Part shown: positions 1 through 15,792 of the stretch, in pieces
Layout: each line of letters begins with the position of its first letter
How positions within the stretch are numbered: position 1 is the stretch's first letter
Source: the human T2T-CHM13v2.0 reference genome, Homo sapiens
Length of the DNA stretch: 64,000 nt
Strand: one strand, 5' to 3'
NCBI RefSeq assembly: GCF_009914755.1
Contig: NC_060930.1
Translations under genes and position numbers: made by a program
Notes under the pieces: generated by a model
Seen by the model: only the letters and a program-made list of their open reading frames with translations
Database searches by the model: none
What the model was told of the DNA's origin: nothing

Positions 1-617
<617 letters not shown>

Positions 618-3600
618 CCAACACCTCAAACATTTATTGTATCTTTGTGTTGAGAACACTCCAAATTTTCTCTTTCTGCTATTTTGATATATACAATAAA
701 TTATTGTTAAATATAGTCACTCTACTGTGCTATCAAACACTAAAACTTACTCCTTCTATCTAACTGTGTTTTTGTACCCATTAACTAATATCTCTTTGCT
801 CTCCTTAATTCTTAACCTTCCCAGCCTTTGGTAACCATCATTCTACTCTCTACCTTCATCAGATCAACTTTTTTAGCTCCCACCTATAAGTGAGAACATG
901 GAATATTTATCTTTCTGTGCGTGACTTGTTTCACTTTATATAATGTCCTCCAGTTTCATCCTTGTTGCTGCAGATTACAGGATTTCATTTTTATGGCTAA
1001 ATAGGACATTTTCTTTATCCATTCATCTGTTGATGGACATGTAAGTTGATTCCATATCTTGGCTACTGTGAATAGTGCTGTAATAAATATGGAAGTGCAT
1101 ATATCTTTTTGATATACTGACTTCATTTCCTTTGGATATATATCCATTAGTGAGATTGCTATATCATATGGTAGCTCTATTTTTGTTTATTTGAGGAAAC
1201 TCCTTACTGTTTTTCATAGTAGCTGTACTAGTTTACATTCCCACCAGCAGTGTACTAGCATTCCTCTTTCTCAGCATTATTGCCAGCATTTGTTATTTTT
1301 TGTCTTTTTGATAACAGTCATTTTTAACTGAGGGTGTAATGGTGTCTTCTTGTGGTTTTGATTTGCATATCCCTGATGATTAATGATGTTGAATATTTTG
1401 TATATGCCTGTTGGCCATTTGTATGTCTTCTTTTGAAAAATGTCTATTGAGATAATTTGCCTATTTTTTAATTGTATTATTTGGGTTTTTTTTTTTTTGC
1501 TATTGAGTTGTTTAAGTTTTCTATATATTCTAGTTATTAATGGATACTAAAGTAGATGGTTTGTGAATATTTTTGCCCCTTCTGTAGGTTGTCTGTTTAC
1601 TCTGTTAATGTTTTCTTGTACTGTGCAGCAGCTTTTTATCTTGATATAATCCCATTTGTCTATTTTTGTTTGTGCTGCCTGTGCTTTGGAAGTCTTATTT
1701 TAAAAATATATATATTTGCTCAAACCAATGACCTTAAGCATTTTCCCAGTGTTTTTTCTAGTAGTTTTGTAGTTTCAATTCTTACATTTAAATGTTTAAT
1801 CCGTTTTGACTTGATCTTTGCATATGGTGAAAGGTGGGGGTCTAGTTTCATTTTTATGCATGTGAATATCCAATTTCCCCAGTACCATTTATTAAAAAGA
1901 CTGTTCTTTCCCTCAATGTATGTTTTTGGTGCCTTTGTCAAAAATGAGTTGGCTGTAAATGTGTGGAATTATTTCTGGGTCCTCTATTCTGCTTCATTGG
2001 TTTATGTGTCTGGTTTTGTTGTTGTTGTTGTTTTGCCAGTACCATGCTTCTTTGGTTATTATACTTTTGTAATCTATTTTGAAGTCAAGTAGTGTGATGC
2101 CTCGAGCTTTGTCCTTTTCATTGAGGATTGCTTTGGTTATTCTGTGTTGTTTGGGGCTCCATACAAATTTTAGAATAGTTTTTTCCATTTCTCTGAAGAA
2201 TGGCATTGGTATTTTGGAAGGGATTGCATTGAGTCTGTAGATCACTGCGCCTAGTATAGATATTTTAACAATAATAATTCTTCCAATTTATGAGAATGAG
2301 ATTTTTTTTCATCTTTTTGTGTCCTTTTCAATGTTATTTATCAGTGTTTTTTAGTTTTCTTTGTAGAGATCATTCACTTCTTTTGTTGCATTTATTTATA
2401 GGTATTTTATTGTCTTTTAGCTATTATAAATGAGATTGCTTTCTTGATTTCTTTTTCAATTGTTCACAGTTGGTGTATGAAAATGCTACCTATTTTTGTA
2501 TGTTGATTTGTGTGCTGCAACTTTCCTGAATTCATTTTTCAGTTCTGTAATTTGGTGGAGTCTTTAGGTTTCTCTAAACATAAGATCATGTCACCTGGGA
2601 GCAAGTATAATTGGCTTCTTTCTTTCCAATTTGGATGCCCTTTCTTTCTTTCTCTTGCCTAATTGGTTTGGCTAGGACTTCCCATACAATGTTGAATGAA
2701 AGCGGTAAAAGTGGGCATCATTGTCTTGTTCCAGATATTAGAGGAAAGGCTTTCAATTTTTTTTTCCTATTTAGTATGATGCTAGCTGTGGGTTTGTTAT
2801 ATGTGACCTTCATTGTTTTCAGGTATATTCCTTCTATGCGCAATTTATGTAGAGTTTTTATCATGACGGGTTATTAAATTTTATCAAATGCATTTTCAAT
2901 TATCTATTGAAATAATCATATGGTTTTTCTTCTTGATTCCATTGATGCTATGCGTCTCTTATTGATTTGCATATGTTGAACCATCCAAGCATCCCTGGGC
3001 TGAATCCCACTTTATCACAGTATATGATTTTTTAAATGTGCTGTTGAATTCGGTTTGCCAGGACAGTTGTTCTTTGAACAACATGGGGCTTAGAGCACCA
3101 ACCCCTGCACAGTAGAAATTTGTGTATAACTTTTGAATCCCCAAAACCTTAAATACTAGTAGCTTACTGCTGAGTGAAAGCCTTACCAATAACATAAAAG
3201 CTTGATTAACACATATTTTGTGTGTCATATGTATATGTTATATATACTGCATTCTTATAATAAAGTAACCTAGAGATAGGAAAATGTTATTTAGAAAATC
3301 ATAAAGAAGAGAAAAATATATTTACTGTTTATTAAATGAAATTGGATTATCATAAAGGTCTCCATCATAACACCAATTTGTTGGTTTACAGTTGTTCATA
3401 ACAGTCTCTAATTATCCTTTGTATTTTTGTAGTTATAATGTTTCCTTTGTTGTCTCAGATTTTATTTATTTGAGTCTTACGGTTTTTTTTTTCTTAGTCA
3501 AGCTAAAAGTTTCTCTATTTGTTTTATCTTTTCAAAAAATGAACTTTTTATTTTGTGGATTTTTTGTATATTTTTATTCGTCAGAAATAGCTCTGATATT

Positions 3601-6600
3601 TATTATTTCTTTTCTTCCACTAATGTTGTGTTTGGTTTGTTCTTGCCTTTCTAGTTCCTTGAAGTGCATTATTAAGTTATTTGGTCTTTCTACTTTTTTG
3701 ATGAAAGTGTTTATTCATGTAAACTTTCACCTTAGAACTGCTTTTGTCATATCCTGCAGTTCTTGTGTTTCCATGTTTATTTGTCTCAATAAATTTTTAA
3801 ATTTCCTTTTTAATTTCTTCAGTTACACATTTGTTGATCAGGTGCATGTTGTTTAATCACCATGAATTTTTACAGTTTCCAGCATTCCTTTTGCTTTCAT
3901 TTTGTTTTATTCCATTATAGTCAGAAAAGATACTTGATATGATTTTGATTTTTTAAAATTTGATAAAACTTCTTTTGTGACCTAACATATGGTCTGTCCT
4001 GGAGAATGTTTCATGTGCTGTTGAGAAAATGTGTTTTCTGCAGCAGAGGGATGAAATGTTATGTAAATGTCTGTTAGGGCTCTTTCATCTGGAGTGCAGT
4101 GTAACTCCAATGTTTCTTTGTTGATTTTCTGTCTAGATCATCTGTCCAATGCTGAAATCCTCTATTGGATTGAAATCCTCTATTACTCTTGTATTGCTGT
4201 CCATTTCTCCCTCTATGTCTATTAATATTTGCTTTACATATCTGAGTTCTCCAGTATTAGGTGCATATATTTTTACAATTGCTACATCCTCTTGCTGTAT
4301 TTACCCCTTTATCATTATGTAATAACCATATATATATAGATAGATAGATATAGATATATTACAATTCTTGACTTAAAGTTTGTTTTTTCTGAATAAGTAT
4401 AGCTATTTCTGCTCTTTTTTGGTTTTTATTTGTGGGAATATGTTTTTCCATCTCTACACTTTCAGTATGTATGTGTCCTTATGGGCAAAGTGAGTTTGTC
4501 ATAGACAGAATATTTGGATCATTTTTTAAAAATACATTCAGCCACTCTATTTTTTAATAGGATAATTTAATCAATTTACATTCAAGGTTATTATTGATAG
4601 ATAACGGTTTATTACTGCCATTTTGATACTTGTTTTTGGGATTTTAAAATAGATCCTTTCTTCCTTTTCCCACCCTCTTACTGTATTTCTTTATAGCTAA
4701 ATAAGTTTCACTAGCAGTATGTTTTGATTCTCTGCTATTTATTTTTAGTGTATCTATTATAGGTTTTTGCTTTATGGTTACCATGAGGCATACAGAAAAT
4801 ATCTTACAGTTATAACACGTTATTTTAAATTGCTAATGACTTAATCTTGATCACAGTGAAAGCAACAACAAAAATTCTCAACTTCAACATCATCCCCATC
4901 CCAACATTGTGACTTTTTGGTATTTCAATTTATGTCTTTTTCTATTTACTATTTACTAATTAACTGTTGTAATTATTTTTAATACTTTTGTCTTTTAGAC
5001 TTCCTATTAAAAGTATAAATGGTTTACTTAGCCCAGTTACAGTTTTAGAATATTCTGGATTTCTTTTTTCTTATTTTACCAGTCAGTTTAATAACTGCAG
5101 ATGTTTTTGTTATATGTTAGCATCCAGTTTCTTCTGTATTGAAAAACTCTCTTTTGGTATTTCGTGTAAGACAAGTCTGGTGTTGGTGAATTCCCTCAGC
5201 CTTTGTTTGTCTGGGAAAGTCTTTATCTCTCCTTTGAGTTTGAAAGATTGCTTTGCTGGGTATAATCTTACTGTTTGGCAGTATTTTTTCTTCAGCACTT
5301 TGAATATCACATTCCAGTCTCTCCTGACTTGCGGGATTTATGCTGAGAAGCCCCCTGAAAGTTATATTGGGACTCCATTGAATGTGATATTTTTATTTTC
5401 TCTTGCTGCTTTGATGATTCTTTGTCTTTAATTTTTGGTAACTTAATTATGATGTGCCTTGGGGAATCCCTCTTCGGGTTGAATTTGATTGGTTATGTCT
5501 GAGCGTCCTCTCTTTACCTGAAGGTTGTAATCTTTCTCCAGGTTTGGGAAATTTTCAGCCATTATTTCTTTAGATATGCTTTCTAGGCATTTTTCTTTCT
5601 TGTTTCCTTCAGAAATTCCTATTGCACAGATATTAATTCACTTGATTCTCTTGTCCCATAATTCTTGTAGGTTTTCTTCACTCACTTTTATTCTTTTTTT
5701 TTCTTTTTGCTCCACTGGTTGGATAATTTTATATGTTCCATCTTCAAGCTTGCTAATTCTTTCTTCTGTTTGAGAATATCTGTTGTTGAAGCTTTCTAAT
5801 GATTTTTTTCAGGTCAGTTATTTTATTCTGTATTGCTAAGACTTCTATTTGGTTTTTGAAAAATTGTTTCTATTTCTTTGTCGTATTTCTCATTTTGTTT
5901 TTAGATTGTTTTCCAAATTTTATTTAGTTTTCTGTCAGGTATTTCTGTGATTCTCTAAACCTCTTTAAGAGAATTATTCTAAATACTCTGCCAGATCTCA
6001 TAGATCTTCAAATCTTCTGGGTCAATTACTGGAGATTTGTTGGTTTCTTTTGGTGATGTCATATTTCCTGAGTTTTCGCAACTCTTATGTTGATTCCTGA
6101 GCATTTGATGAGACAGCCACTTCCAGTTTTTGCTGACATTCTTTGGTGGTTTTAGACTTTTACTACTTAGTATTGACTCTTAAACACTGCTCTACTGTTG
6201 CTTTCCATCCTGGGAAGAACTTATGTTGAGCACCAGGACTAAAACACTGCACTATAACTAACATGTTGCCCTGTTACTGTTTCCTCGTGTAGAAAAAACT
6301 TACAGTGAGCACCAAAACTTAAACTTAGACCCATAACTATATTGCATCCCTGCCATTGTTTTCTGGTCTTGGGAAGACTTAAGTTGGCACTAGGTATTAA
6401 TTCTGATCTTTTAGTTTTTTTCCAGGCCAGGAAAATCCAGCTAGGGATTTAGGCATTCCCATGGATTGTGCCATCTGTGGCACATAAAAGAGACTGGCCA
6501 GTCTCTTTAATGTGGCACCCCCACTGACTGGAGCACAAAGTAGCTGCCAAAATCCATGCATCAGTTACTGTGATTAGTGCCCAGTTCATCACAGGTAGTT

Positions 6601-6957
6601 CAGCTTTCCTGGTACACCCAATTGCTCCCCTGGAAAGGAGTCAGGGTGGGCTTCCCATGAAGATTCCAAAAGGTGAGGAGATTGACCGTCCACCTCTCAT
6701 TTCCTCCAATCACCATGGAAACCACAGGTCTAGAGAAATCCTCTTGAGTGGTTATGCCAGCTTGGGAGAGGGGCTGGCACAGTCTAAAATGACTATTCTA
6801 GTCACAACTTCTCTGATGCCCTAATGGGTTTCTCTACTTTCCCTCTGTGCTCTGGTGAATTTAGGGAGATATTCTTGTCTTTTAATAGTTTCAAGTTGAA
6901 TTTCTGTGGGGGAAGTGATGATGCTTAGGATCTTCTATTCTGTCATCTTGCTGTCAC
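618..6957 (-). mobile_element. Old, long, internally deleted LINE-1 (L1MA-like)
   Basis: Minus-strand ORF2 remnants ([24 protein letters not shown]) and ORF1 remnant (LYPAKQSFKLKGEIKTFPDKQRLREF at 5110-5310), then 5'UTR-like sequence. Confidence 0.88.
3064..3368. mobile_element. Tigger2/Tigger2a (TcMar) one-ended fragment inside L1
   Basis: CAGTTGTTCTTTGAACAACA TIR-like start followed by recognisable Tigger2a subterminal sequence. Confidence 0.8.
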
Positions 6958-7391
6958 TCATAATTATTTTAATATTCACTGTCCATTGAATGGATATTCC
7001 ATGATTTTTTTTCATTTACCTACTGTTGTGCATTTTGGGCTATTTCTAGTTTTTAGCTATTACAAACAAAGCTGCTATTCATATTCATGTATGTACATGC
7101 ACTTTCAGTTTTCTTGAATTATCTAGGAGTAGAATGGCTATATCATATGGTATTATATGTTTAAGCTTTTAAGAAACTATTGGACCATTTTGCAAAATTC
7201 TATATTTTACATGGCCACCAGCACTATATGAAAGTTCCAGTTGCTCCACATCCTTTTCAACACTTGACATGGTTTATCTTTTTAATTTTAGCCTTGGTAA
7301 TAGGTATACAACAGTAGCTAATTTTGGTTTATTTTGAATTTCCCTAATGACTACTGATGTTGATCACCTATTCATGTGTTTATTTGCCATT

Positions 7392-7766
7392 AGTATTAGT
7401 TTTCTATGGCTGTAAAACATTACCAGGAACTTAGTTACATGAAACACGAGCCATTATTTTCTCACAATTCTGTAGCAAAGACGTTCTGGTGGGCTCAGCT
7501 AGTTTCTCTTTTTAGGGCTTTACAAAGCTGTATATCAGTGTATCAGCTGGGCTGGGTTCTTACCTGGAGATTCTGGAAAGAATCCACTTTCAAGCTCATT
7601 TACGTTTTTATGACAAGATCAGATCCACACAGACAATCTTTGTTATTTTAAGGTCAACTATCCCATATATCATCACATAGCCAACAATGTAATGCCATAT
7701 TCATAGCTTTGATGATTAGACCAGATCGTATTTGAGGGGCCATTTTAGATACTCTACATGCCACAC
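7392..7766 (-). mobile_element. MLT1-type MaLR LTR
   Basis: TATTAGTTTTCTATGGCTG...GGGGCCATTTTAGA...CCACA. Confidence 0.65.
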
Positions 7767-10685
7767 AACTCACATGTACTCTTATGTTAGAGTATTTGAT
7801 CAAATAGCTTGCCAATTTTTAATTGGGCTGTAAGGGGTACAAACCTTTTACCAGGTATATACTTTTCGAATATTTTCTCTCAGTTTGTGGCAGTCTTTTT
7901 ATTCTATTAATAGTGTCCTTTGAAGAGCAGAAATTTTAAATTTTGATGAAATCTTAATAAATTTTTTACTTAATGGAATTTGTCTTTAATGTTATATTCA
8001 AGATATCTTTGGCATATCTTAGGTCACAAAGATTCTCTCCTGTTTTAGAAGTTTTATAGTGTAAGTTTTACATTTCAGTATATTTGAATTTATCTTTGTA
8101 AATAATGCAAAGCGTAAATTGATGTTTATTTTGCATATGGATATTCAATGTTTTAGCACCATTTGTTGAAAATATTAATATTTCTTTATTCAATTGTTTT
8201 GTTACTTTGTTGAAAATCAGCTGTCCATATGAATATGGGCCTATTTTGTTACTATTTTCTGTTCCTTTGATCTGTTTATGTATCTTGATGCCATTACCTT
8301 GTGGTGTTAATATGAGACTTGAACTGTTAGTCTTTGAATATGTTTCTCCTGTTACAAAGTTGTTTTGCCTATTCTATTTTCCGTTTGGGTCCATATGAGA
8401 TTTAGAATCAACTTGTCAAATTCTTTATATTAAAAAAGCCTGCTGGGATTTTGATTGAGATTATCTCAAACCTGTTGGTCAATTTGGGGTGAATTGATGT
8501 CTTAACTATATTGAATCTTTCAACATATGTATATGGTCTATCTATTCATTTATTAAGTATTTATTGAATTTAAGTAATTTATTTAATTTCTCTCACCAGA
8601 GTTGTATAGTTTCAGTCTACTGGTCTTGAGCAACAAATATGACATCTATTCCCAAGGATCTCTTATCTTTATATTATTGGAAATATTATTATTGATTTTT
8701 AATTTTGAATTCTTCTTGTCAGTGCACAAAAGTTCAATTTATTTTTCTATATTACCTTGTATCCTGAAACATGGCTAAACTCACTTATCATTTATGAAAG
8801 TTTTAATACATGCCAATAGATTTTCTACATAGTTACAATCATGTCATCTGCAAATGAGAATGTATATTCTTGTCCTATTTCTAATTAGGTGGGCAAAGCA
8901 TTCAGTCTTACATCACTAAGTATGATGTCAGTTCCAGGTTTCTGTAGATGTCATTTATCAGGTTAAAGGAGTTGCCTTCTATTCCTTGTTTTTTGAGATC
9001 AGGATTGACTGCTGGAATTTTTTCAAATGTTTCTTCTCCACATATTTAGATGATCATAATTTTTTTTAGTTTGTTAATAGGATGAATTACATTGATTGAT
9101 TATCATATATTGAACTAACTATTCCTGGGATAAACTCTAATTGATCATGATGTATTTTAATACACATATTGTAGTATTTGATCTGCTTTATTTGATCTGT
9201 CTAGATATTTTTTGCATCTATGTTCATGAGAGATATTGGGTTCCAGTTTTCTTTTATTTTGATGTCTTGTCTGGTTTTGTTTTTTGGGTAATGCTGGCCC
9301 ATGGAATGAATAAGGAAGTATTCCCTCTTCTTCAATTTTCTGGATATGTTAGTGGAGAATTGGTGCTGTTTCTTCCTTAAATATTTAGTATACTTAACCA
9401 GTGAAGCCATCTGGGTCTGGAGTTTTCTTTGTGGAAAGATTTTTAAGAAACAAATTTATTTTATTTAATGGATACAGAGATATTCATATCTCCAATCCAA
9501 TTTATTTCTTCTTTAGTGAATATTGTTAGTTTGCATATTTCATGGAATTGATAACTTTATAAGTTATCAAATATTTGGATAAAGAATGACTTGTAATTTT
9601 TTTATCCCTTTGATATCTGTGGGATCTGTAGTGATGTCTTCTCTTTGATTTCTGATATTGATAGTTGTGTTTTCTCTCCTATATTCTTGATCAATCTGAT
9701 GAAAGGTTGTTATAAATTGTGGTCTTTGATCTGCTCTATTATTTATATACTCAAATAACTGGATTTTTGGTTACATTTATTTTTAGAGAAAAAATGTTTC
9801 TATGTTTTCTAGTCTATTGATTTCTGCTTTAATTCTTATTATTTACTTACTTTTATTTACTTTGGACTTGCTCTTTTTTTCTTACTTAAGGTGGAAACTG
9901 CTGTATTATTTTGATACTTGACTAGGTATTTCGTCCTATAAATTTCACCCTATGTTACTGTAGTGGCATTCCACAAATTTTAATTTGCTGTGTTTTCATT
10001 TTTATTTTATTCAAAATGTTTTCTAACTTTTTATATCTTTCTTAATACATAGGTTAATTACAGTGTGTTATTTATATTTCAAATATCTTAGAATTTTCCA
10101 GATCATTTTGTTTGTGATTTCTAGTATAAATCTCTTTGGTCAGAGAATGTACTTTGTGTGACTTGAATATTTAAAAGTTTATTGAGACATTCTATGTATT
10201 AAATTATGGTTTATCTTGATAAATATGCTATGTGCACTTGAAAAGAATGTGTATTCTGTTGTGATAGAGTGTCTTATAAATGTTAATTAGGTCAATTTTG
10301 ATGATACTGTTCTATATTCTTTATCTTCTATAGCCTTATTGATTTTTGATTGGCTTATTCTATCAACTATTAAGAAAATCATATTGTGATTCTCTACTGT
10401 GTTTATAAATATGCCTGTTGATTGTTGTACTTCTGTTGTTGCTTCATGTGTTAAGAAGCTCTGTTATTAAATTCAAGAAGGTTTAGGATTGTTATATGCA
10501 CCCAGTGAATTTTCCTTTTTGTTATTATGAAATCACATTCTTTTATTACTGGTAATATTCTTTTTTTCTGAAATCTACTTTTTATAATGTTAGTTTTGTT
10601 CAGTGTTAACATGGCATATATTTTTTCATTCTTTTATTATTGACATCTTTATAAAGTAGATTTCCTAGAGATAACACATAGTTGG

Positions 10686-11060
10686 TGGTATGGTTTGGAC
10701 ATTTGTCCTTTCCAAATATCCTGTTGAAATGTGAGGTGTTTGGGTCATGGGAGTGGGTCTTTTGTGAGTTTCATGGTGCCTTCCTTGTGTTAATAAGTGA
10801 GTTCTTGCTCTGAGTTCACATGCAATATGGTTGTTTTTAAAAGTGTGGTTCCCCCTCTTTCTCACTCCCTCTCTTGCCATCTGACATGCCTGATACTGCT
10901 TTGCCTTCTGCCATGAGTTAAAGCTTCCAGAAGCCAAACAGATGCCAGCACCATGCTTCCTATACAGCCTACAGAACCATTAACCAGTTAAACCTCTTTT
11001 CTTTATAAATTACCCAGTCTTCAGTGTGTGTTGCTAGCAATGCAAGAATGGACTAATACA
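10686..11060 (+). mobile_element. MSTB-like solo LTR
   Basis: TG...GACTAATACA ends; 5-bp TSD GTTGG/GTTAG. Confidence 0.85.
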
Positions 11061-12346
11061 GTTAGATCTTGTTTTTTTTAATCAATTTGACATTCTGTTC
11101 CATACAGTGGGTTAAATTACATTTAATGTGATTATTAATATTGCTAAAACTGTTTAAATTTATCATTTTGCTATTCATTTTCTTTTTGTCTCTCTTTCTT
11201 GTGTTCTTATCGTTTTATTCCTCTGCTATATTTTGGATAGATTATATTTTAAAAATTCTACTTATCTCCTATATTGGCTTTTTGCTATATCTATTTGTTT
11301 TGTTATTTGGGGTATTTCTGTACAGTTTATAATACATCACTTATCACACTCTACCCTCTTGTGATGTTATATCAACTCACATAGAATATAAAAAACATTA
11401 TAATAGTATACTTATCAACTCCAAGCACTATGCTATTATCATCATATATTTGATGTTATATATATTATAAACCTCGTATTACATCATCCGTTTATGTAAG
11501 CAGTTAATTATATTACAAAGATACTTTTAAATAAAATAACTTGTGTATTTTGCCATGTATTTACTACGTAAAATTATCTTTATTTGTTTGGCAGATCCAT
11601 ATTTCCATCTGCTATCATTTTTCTTCTGCTTGAGGCCTCCTTTTATGTTTTTATTGTGTTGACTATTTTCTGCTGATGAATGCTTTTAGCTTTTTTATGT
11701 CAGACAAAAAGCACTTATGTCCCTTTTACTTTTAATAGACATTTTCAATAGGTGTAGACTTTCAGTATGACATATTTCTTCTTTTCTTTCAGTTCTTTAA
11801 AGATGTTGCCCATTATCTTTTCATTTACATTGTGTTTTAATGAGAACTTTGCTGTTCTTTTCTTTTTTCCTCTGCATATAATGTTTATTTTTTCCTTTAA
11901 CTGCTTTTAAAATTTTTTTACCACTGTTTTTAAGTTACTTCCTTGTATTGTAACTTGGCATGGTTTTTTTCAGTCTTTCTCGAGTTTGAGTTTTATTGAA
12001 ATTCTTAACTCTGTAGGTTTATAGTTTTCATAAATTTTTAATGACCATTATTTCTTCAAGTAGTATTTTCTGTCTTTAATCCCTTCTTGGTGACAACAAT
12101 TACATTTATATTTGACTACTTTAAGTTATGTCAGAATGTACTGATGCTCTGCTTATTTCCAATTTTTTTATTTTGAATTATTTTTTATCTTCTAAAATTC
12201 ATTAATCACCTACAATGTCTAATCCACCATTAATACTCTTGTTGTGTGTTTTCTTTCCTCTCATTTTAGTTTTTATTTAAGGTATTTGAATCTTTTTTTA
12301 TCTTCCTTGTCTCTACGTAACATTTTGAAAATATGGAATTCAGATA

Positions 12347-12408
12347 TTAGTTTGGTGCAAAAGTAATTGCTGTTTTTGCCACAACAAATACTTTTTGCAC
12401 CAACCGAA
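12347..12408. mobile_element. MADE1 (Hsmar1 MITE), internally deleted
   Basis: TTAGTTTGGTGCAAAAGTAATTG...TTTTGCACCAACCGAA with TA on both sides. Confidence 0.88.
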
Positions 12409-15054
12409 TATAATAACTATATTAGTATGATTGTTAGTTAATTCTAACACCTGTGTCAGTTATGTGTTTAAGTCAATCAATTGTTTCTGTTGTTGTTGTT
12501 TCTCTCCATTAGTCATATGTTCTTATTTTTTTATGCCTGGTAATTTTTTATTTTATGACAGACATTATGATTTTACCTTACTGGATGCTGGATATTTTTG
12601 TAGCCCTATAAATATTCTTGAGTTTTGTGCTAGGGTACGTTTAGTTGCTTAGAAACAGTCTGATTCTTTCATATCTTGGTTTTAAGATTTGTTACGTGGA
12701 ACCAGAGCCATGTTTAATGTAGGGCCAATCATTCTCTGAGTGAGGCAAGATACTTCTGCCTCTCTAGGTGAAGCAAGATACTTTTCCCAGTATCCTATGG
12801 GGCTGGGCACAGTAATACTAGTTCTGGTTCAGCGTGAGTCCTCAGATTCTCTCAGGTACTTTTTTTCCCCGGCTTTGGGTAGCTTCCTCATGCACATGTG
12901 CTAACAAATACTTTGCTAAATATTCGTAGGTGACTCTATTAAGATCTCAGGAGTTTTATCTGTGAAACTCTCTCTTTTTTAGGATCCTGTCCTTGAAAGT
13001 ATACCTTGCTGTCCCCCAAACACTCATCTCCTTCTGTATGCAAGAAATATGCTGGGATTTGCCTGTGTTACCTTGCAATCTGAAAACTCTCTCAGGGCCA
13101 TATGTTGTGGTCGTTAAAGGGCTCACATCATTTGTTTCTCATCTTTCAGGGACCAATGACCCGCATCATTTCATGACCATGTCTTTAAAATCAATTTCAT
13201 GTATTTTGTCCAGATTTTGTGTTGTCTTAGGTGACAAAAATCCAGTCCTTGTGACTCTAAGATGGAAGTGATATTCCTCAGGCTTATTGTTTAAATTTTA
13301 TATTTGTTTTTAAATATTAAGATGATAGATTTTAAAGTCGTTTTTACAAGCATGTATTCACAAATAATATATCACAGGTTTGGATAGAATTTTTTTATTA
13401 AATATGGAATCTCAAATTGAATATAATTGACATTGTATATTATATTTTTAAAAATTATTTTTTTCTTTATTAGAAACATCTCCATATAAGAATTTTCCTC
13501 AGAAGAGTGCAACTTTCAGATCTGATGAAAATTACCTTCAATTTTTAAAATTATTATCATTATTATGCTCATTTTTAAGTTGTATTTCAACTTCAGTGTT
13601 CCTCAAGCTTTACATTTGGAAACACCAGTAAATATTAAATAATATATATCTAAGAATAAAATGTTTATCTCTATATAATGAGCAAAGTCAACACTGACTA
13701 GAAAACAAAGTTCAAACTCCTCAGCAAGGCCCTCAGTCAGGAACTTCCTGCCTACCTTTTGTTTTTTTTTAACCTTATTTCCTCTTCCCTGCATTATACT
13801 ATAAGCTTGCATAGTACTGAACAGCTTATAGATCTCTGCACCTATTCTGCTGTTTCTTGCCTCTGAACTGTCTCGTATGCTGTTCTTTTCTCCTAGTGAT
13901 GCCCTTTCTTCCTTTTTTAACTTGGAAAATTTGTAGTTATCCTTCGAGGCATGTCAGATGCTATTTTCCGTAAGAAGTTTCTCTGAATTGCCTCACACTG
14001 GGCACAATGTCCCCCTCTTTATCACCTGGGAAAGCATCCATCTCTGCACACATCATTTCATATTGAAATTATCTGTCTACCTGTTTGCCTTCCTAAAAAA
14101 TTCAGAAAGATTTAGGAACTGGCAATACGGGGAAATAAATGTTACCAAATTTAAGAAAATTCAAACCTGAAATAACAGGAAAATCAGAGTTACTCACAAA
14201 GTTAATTTGTTTACATAGCAATATGCCCAGATACTAGTAAATTATTTAATTCATTAAAATTGCAAATTGTATTAAAACATTCAAAAGTAATATATTATAA
14301 AAGTATAGGGTTAAAGGCCCTTCCACATACAGTGAGTTTAAATATTGAAATATTTAAATATTGAAAAATCATCTTATTCTCAGAATTAATGAGACCGGAA
14401 TAATGCACTTTGAATACTTAAAAGATCCCAACTATACTAGAGCAGTGGGTATATTCTGCCAGTGGACTTCAAAGGCAACGGTGCTGAGAGTTTCAAAAGC
14501 AGGAGTTTACGTGGTCATTTGAAGTCCACAGTATACTTCACCTAGAGCTGCATTTCAGCTTTGTTTATATTGTGTGTATAACACTGTAGGTGATCTATTG
14601 GGCTAGTAGGAGACACCTCTAATGAGAGTCTTTTTAAGTAATCTTCAATATAGATGGACACATATTTGATGCGTTACAAGGAAAGTAGGCCAATTAGAGA
14701 TAAAGCTTAATAGCTTCAAGGAGGGAGCTGGAAGATTTACTTACACTTGACAGTGAAGAAGCAAAACATAATCTTAGTAAAGCCCTTATATTTAAGAAAT
14801 GATATCTTCCTTTAAATAAATAGATTTTCAGATTTTTAGCTTCCTGAATGAAGTAATTTTATGCTGGTTTTGATGGACAAAATCACCAATTTATTTTTAT
14901 CTGTAGGCTTGTGTCAATACTCTATACAACAGAGATATTGTAATATGCTAATTTATGCCTTGATTTTTCAATTAATACTATGAAAAAAGCTTCATTTTTC
15001 CCTGAAAACTATTCTAGTCATCCTTACTCCTTTATAATACATTCTTACATGCTA

Positions 15055-15792
<738 letters not shown>

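Larger units (their letters stand above)
6960..13270 (-). mobile_element. Very old fragmented LINE-1 (L1MC/MD-like) with nested insertions
   Basis: T-rich antisense L1 text; ORF2 remnant PISLMNIDAK (9201-9410). Confidence 0.75.

Noticed and set aside
4152-4185. Short local duplications (also about 31120-31157, 27736-27792 and 58420-58470)
   Set aside because: Ordinary slippage duplications, mostly within decayed repeats
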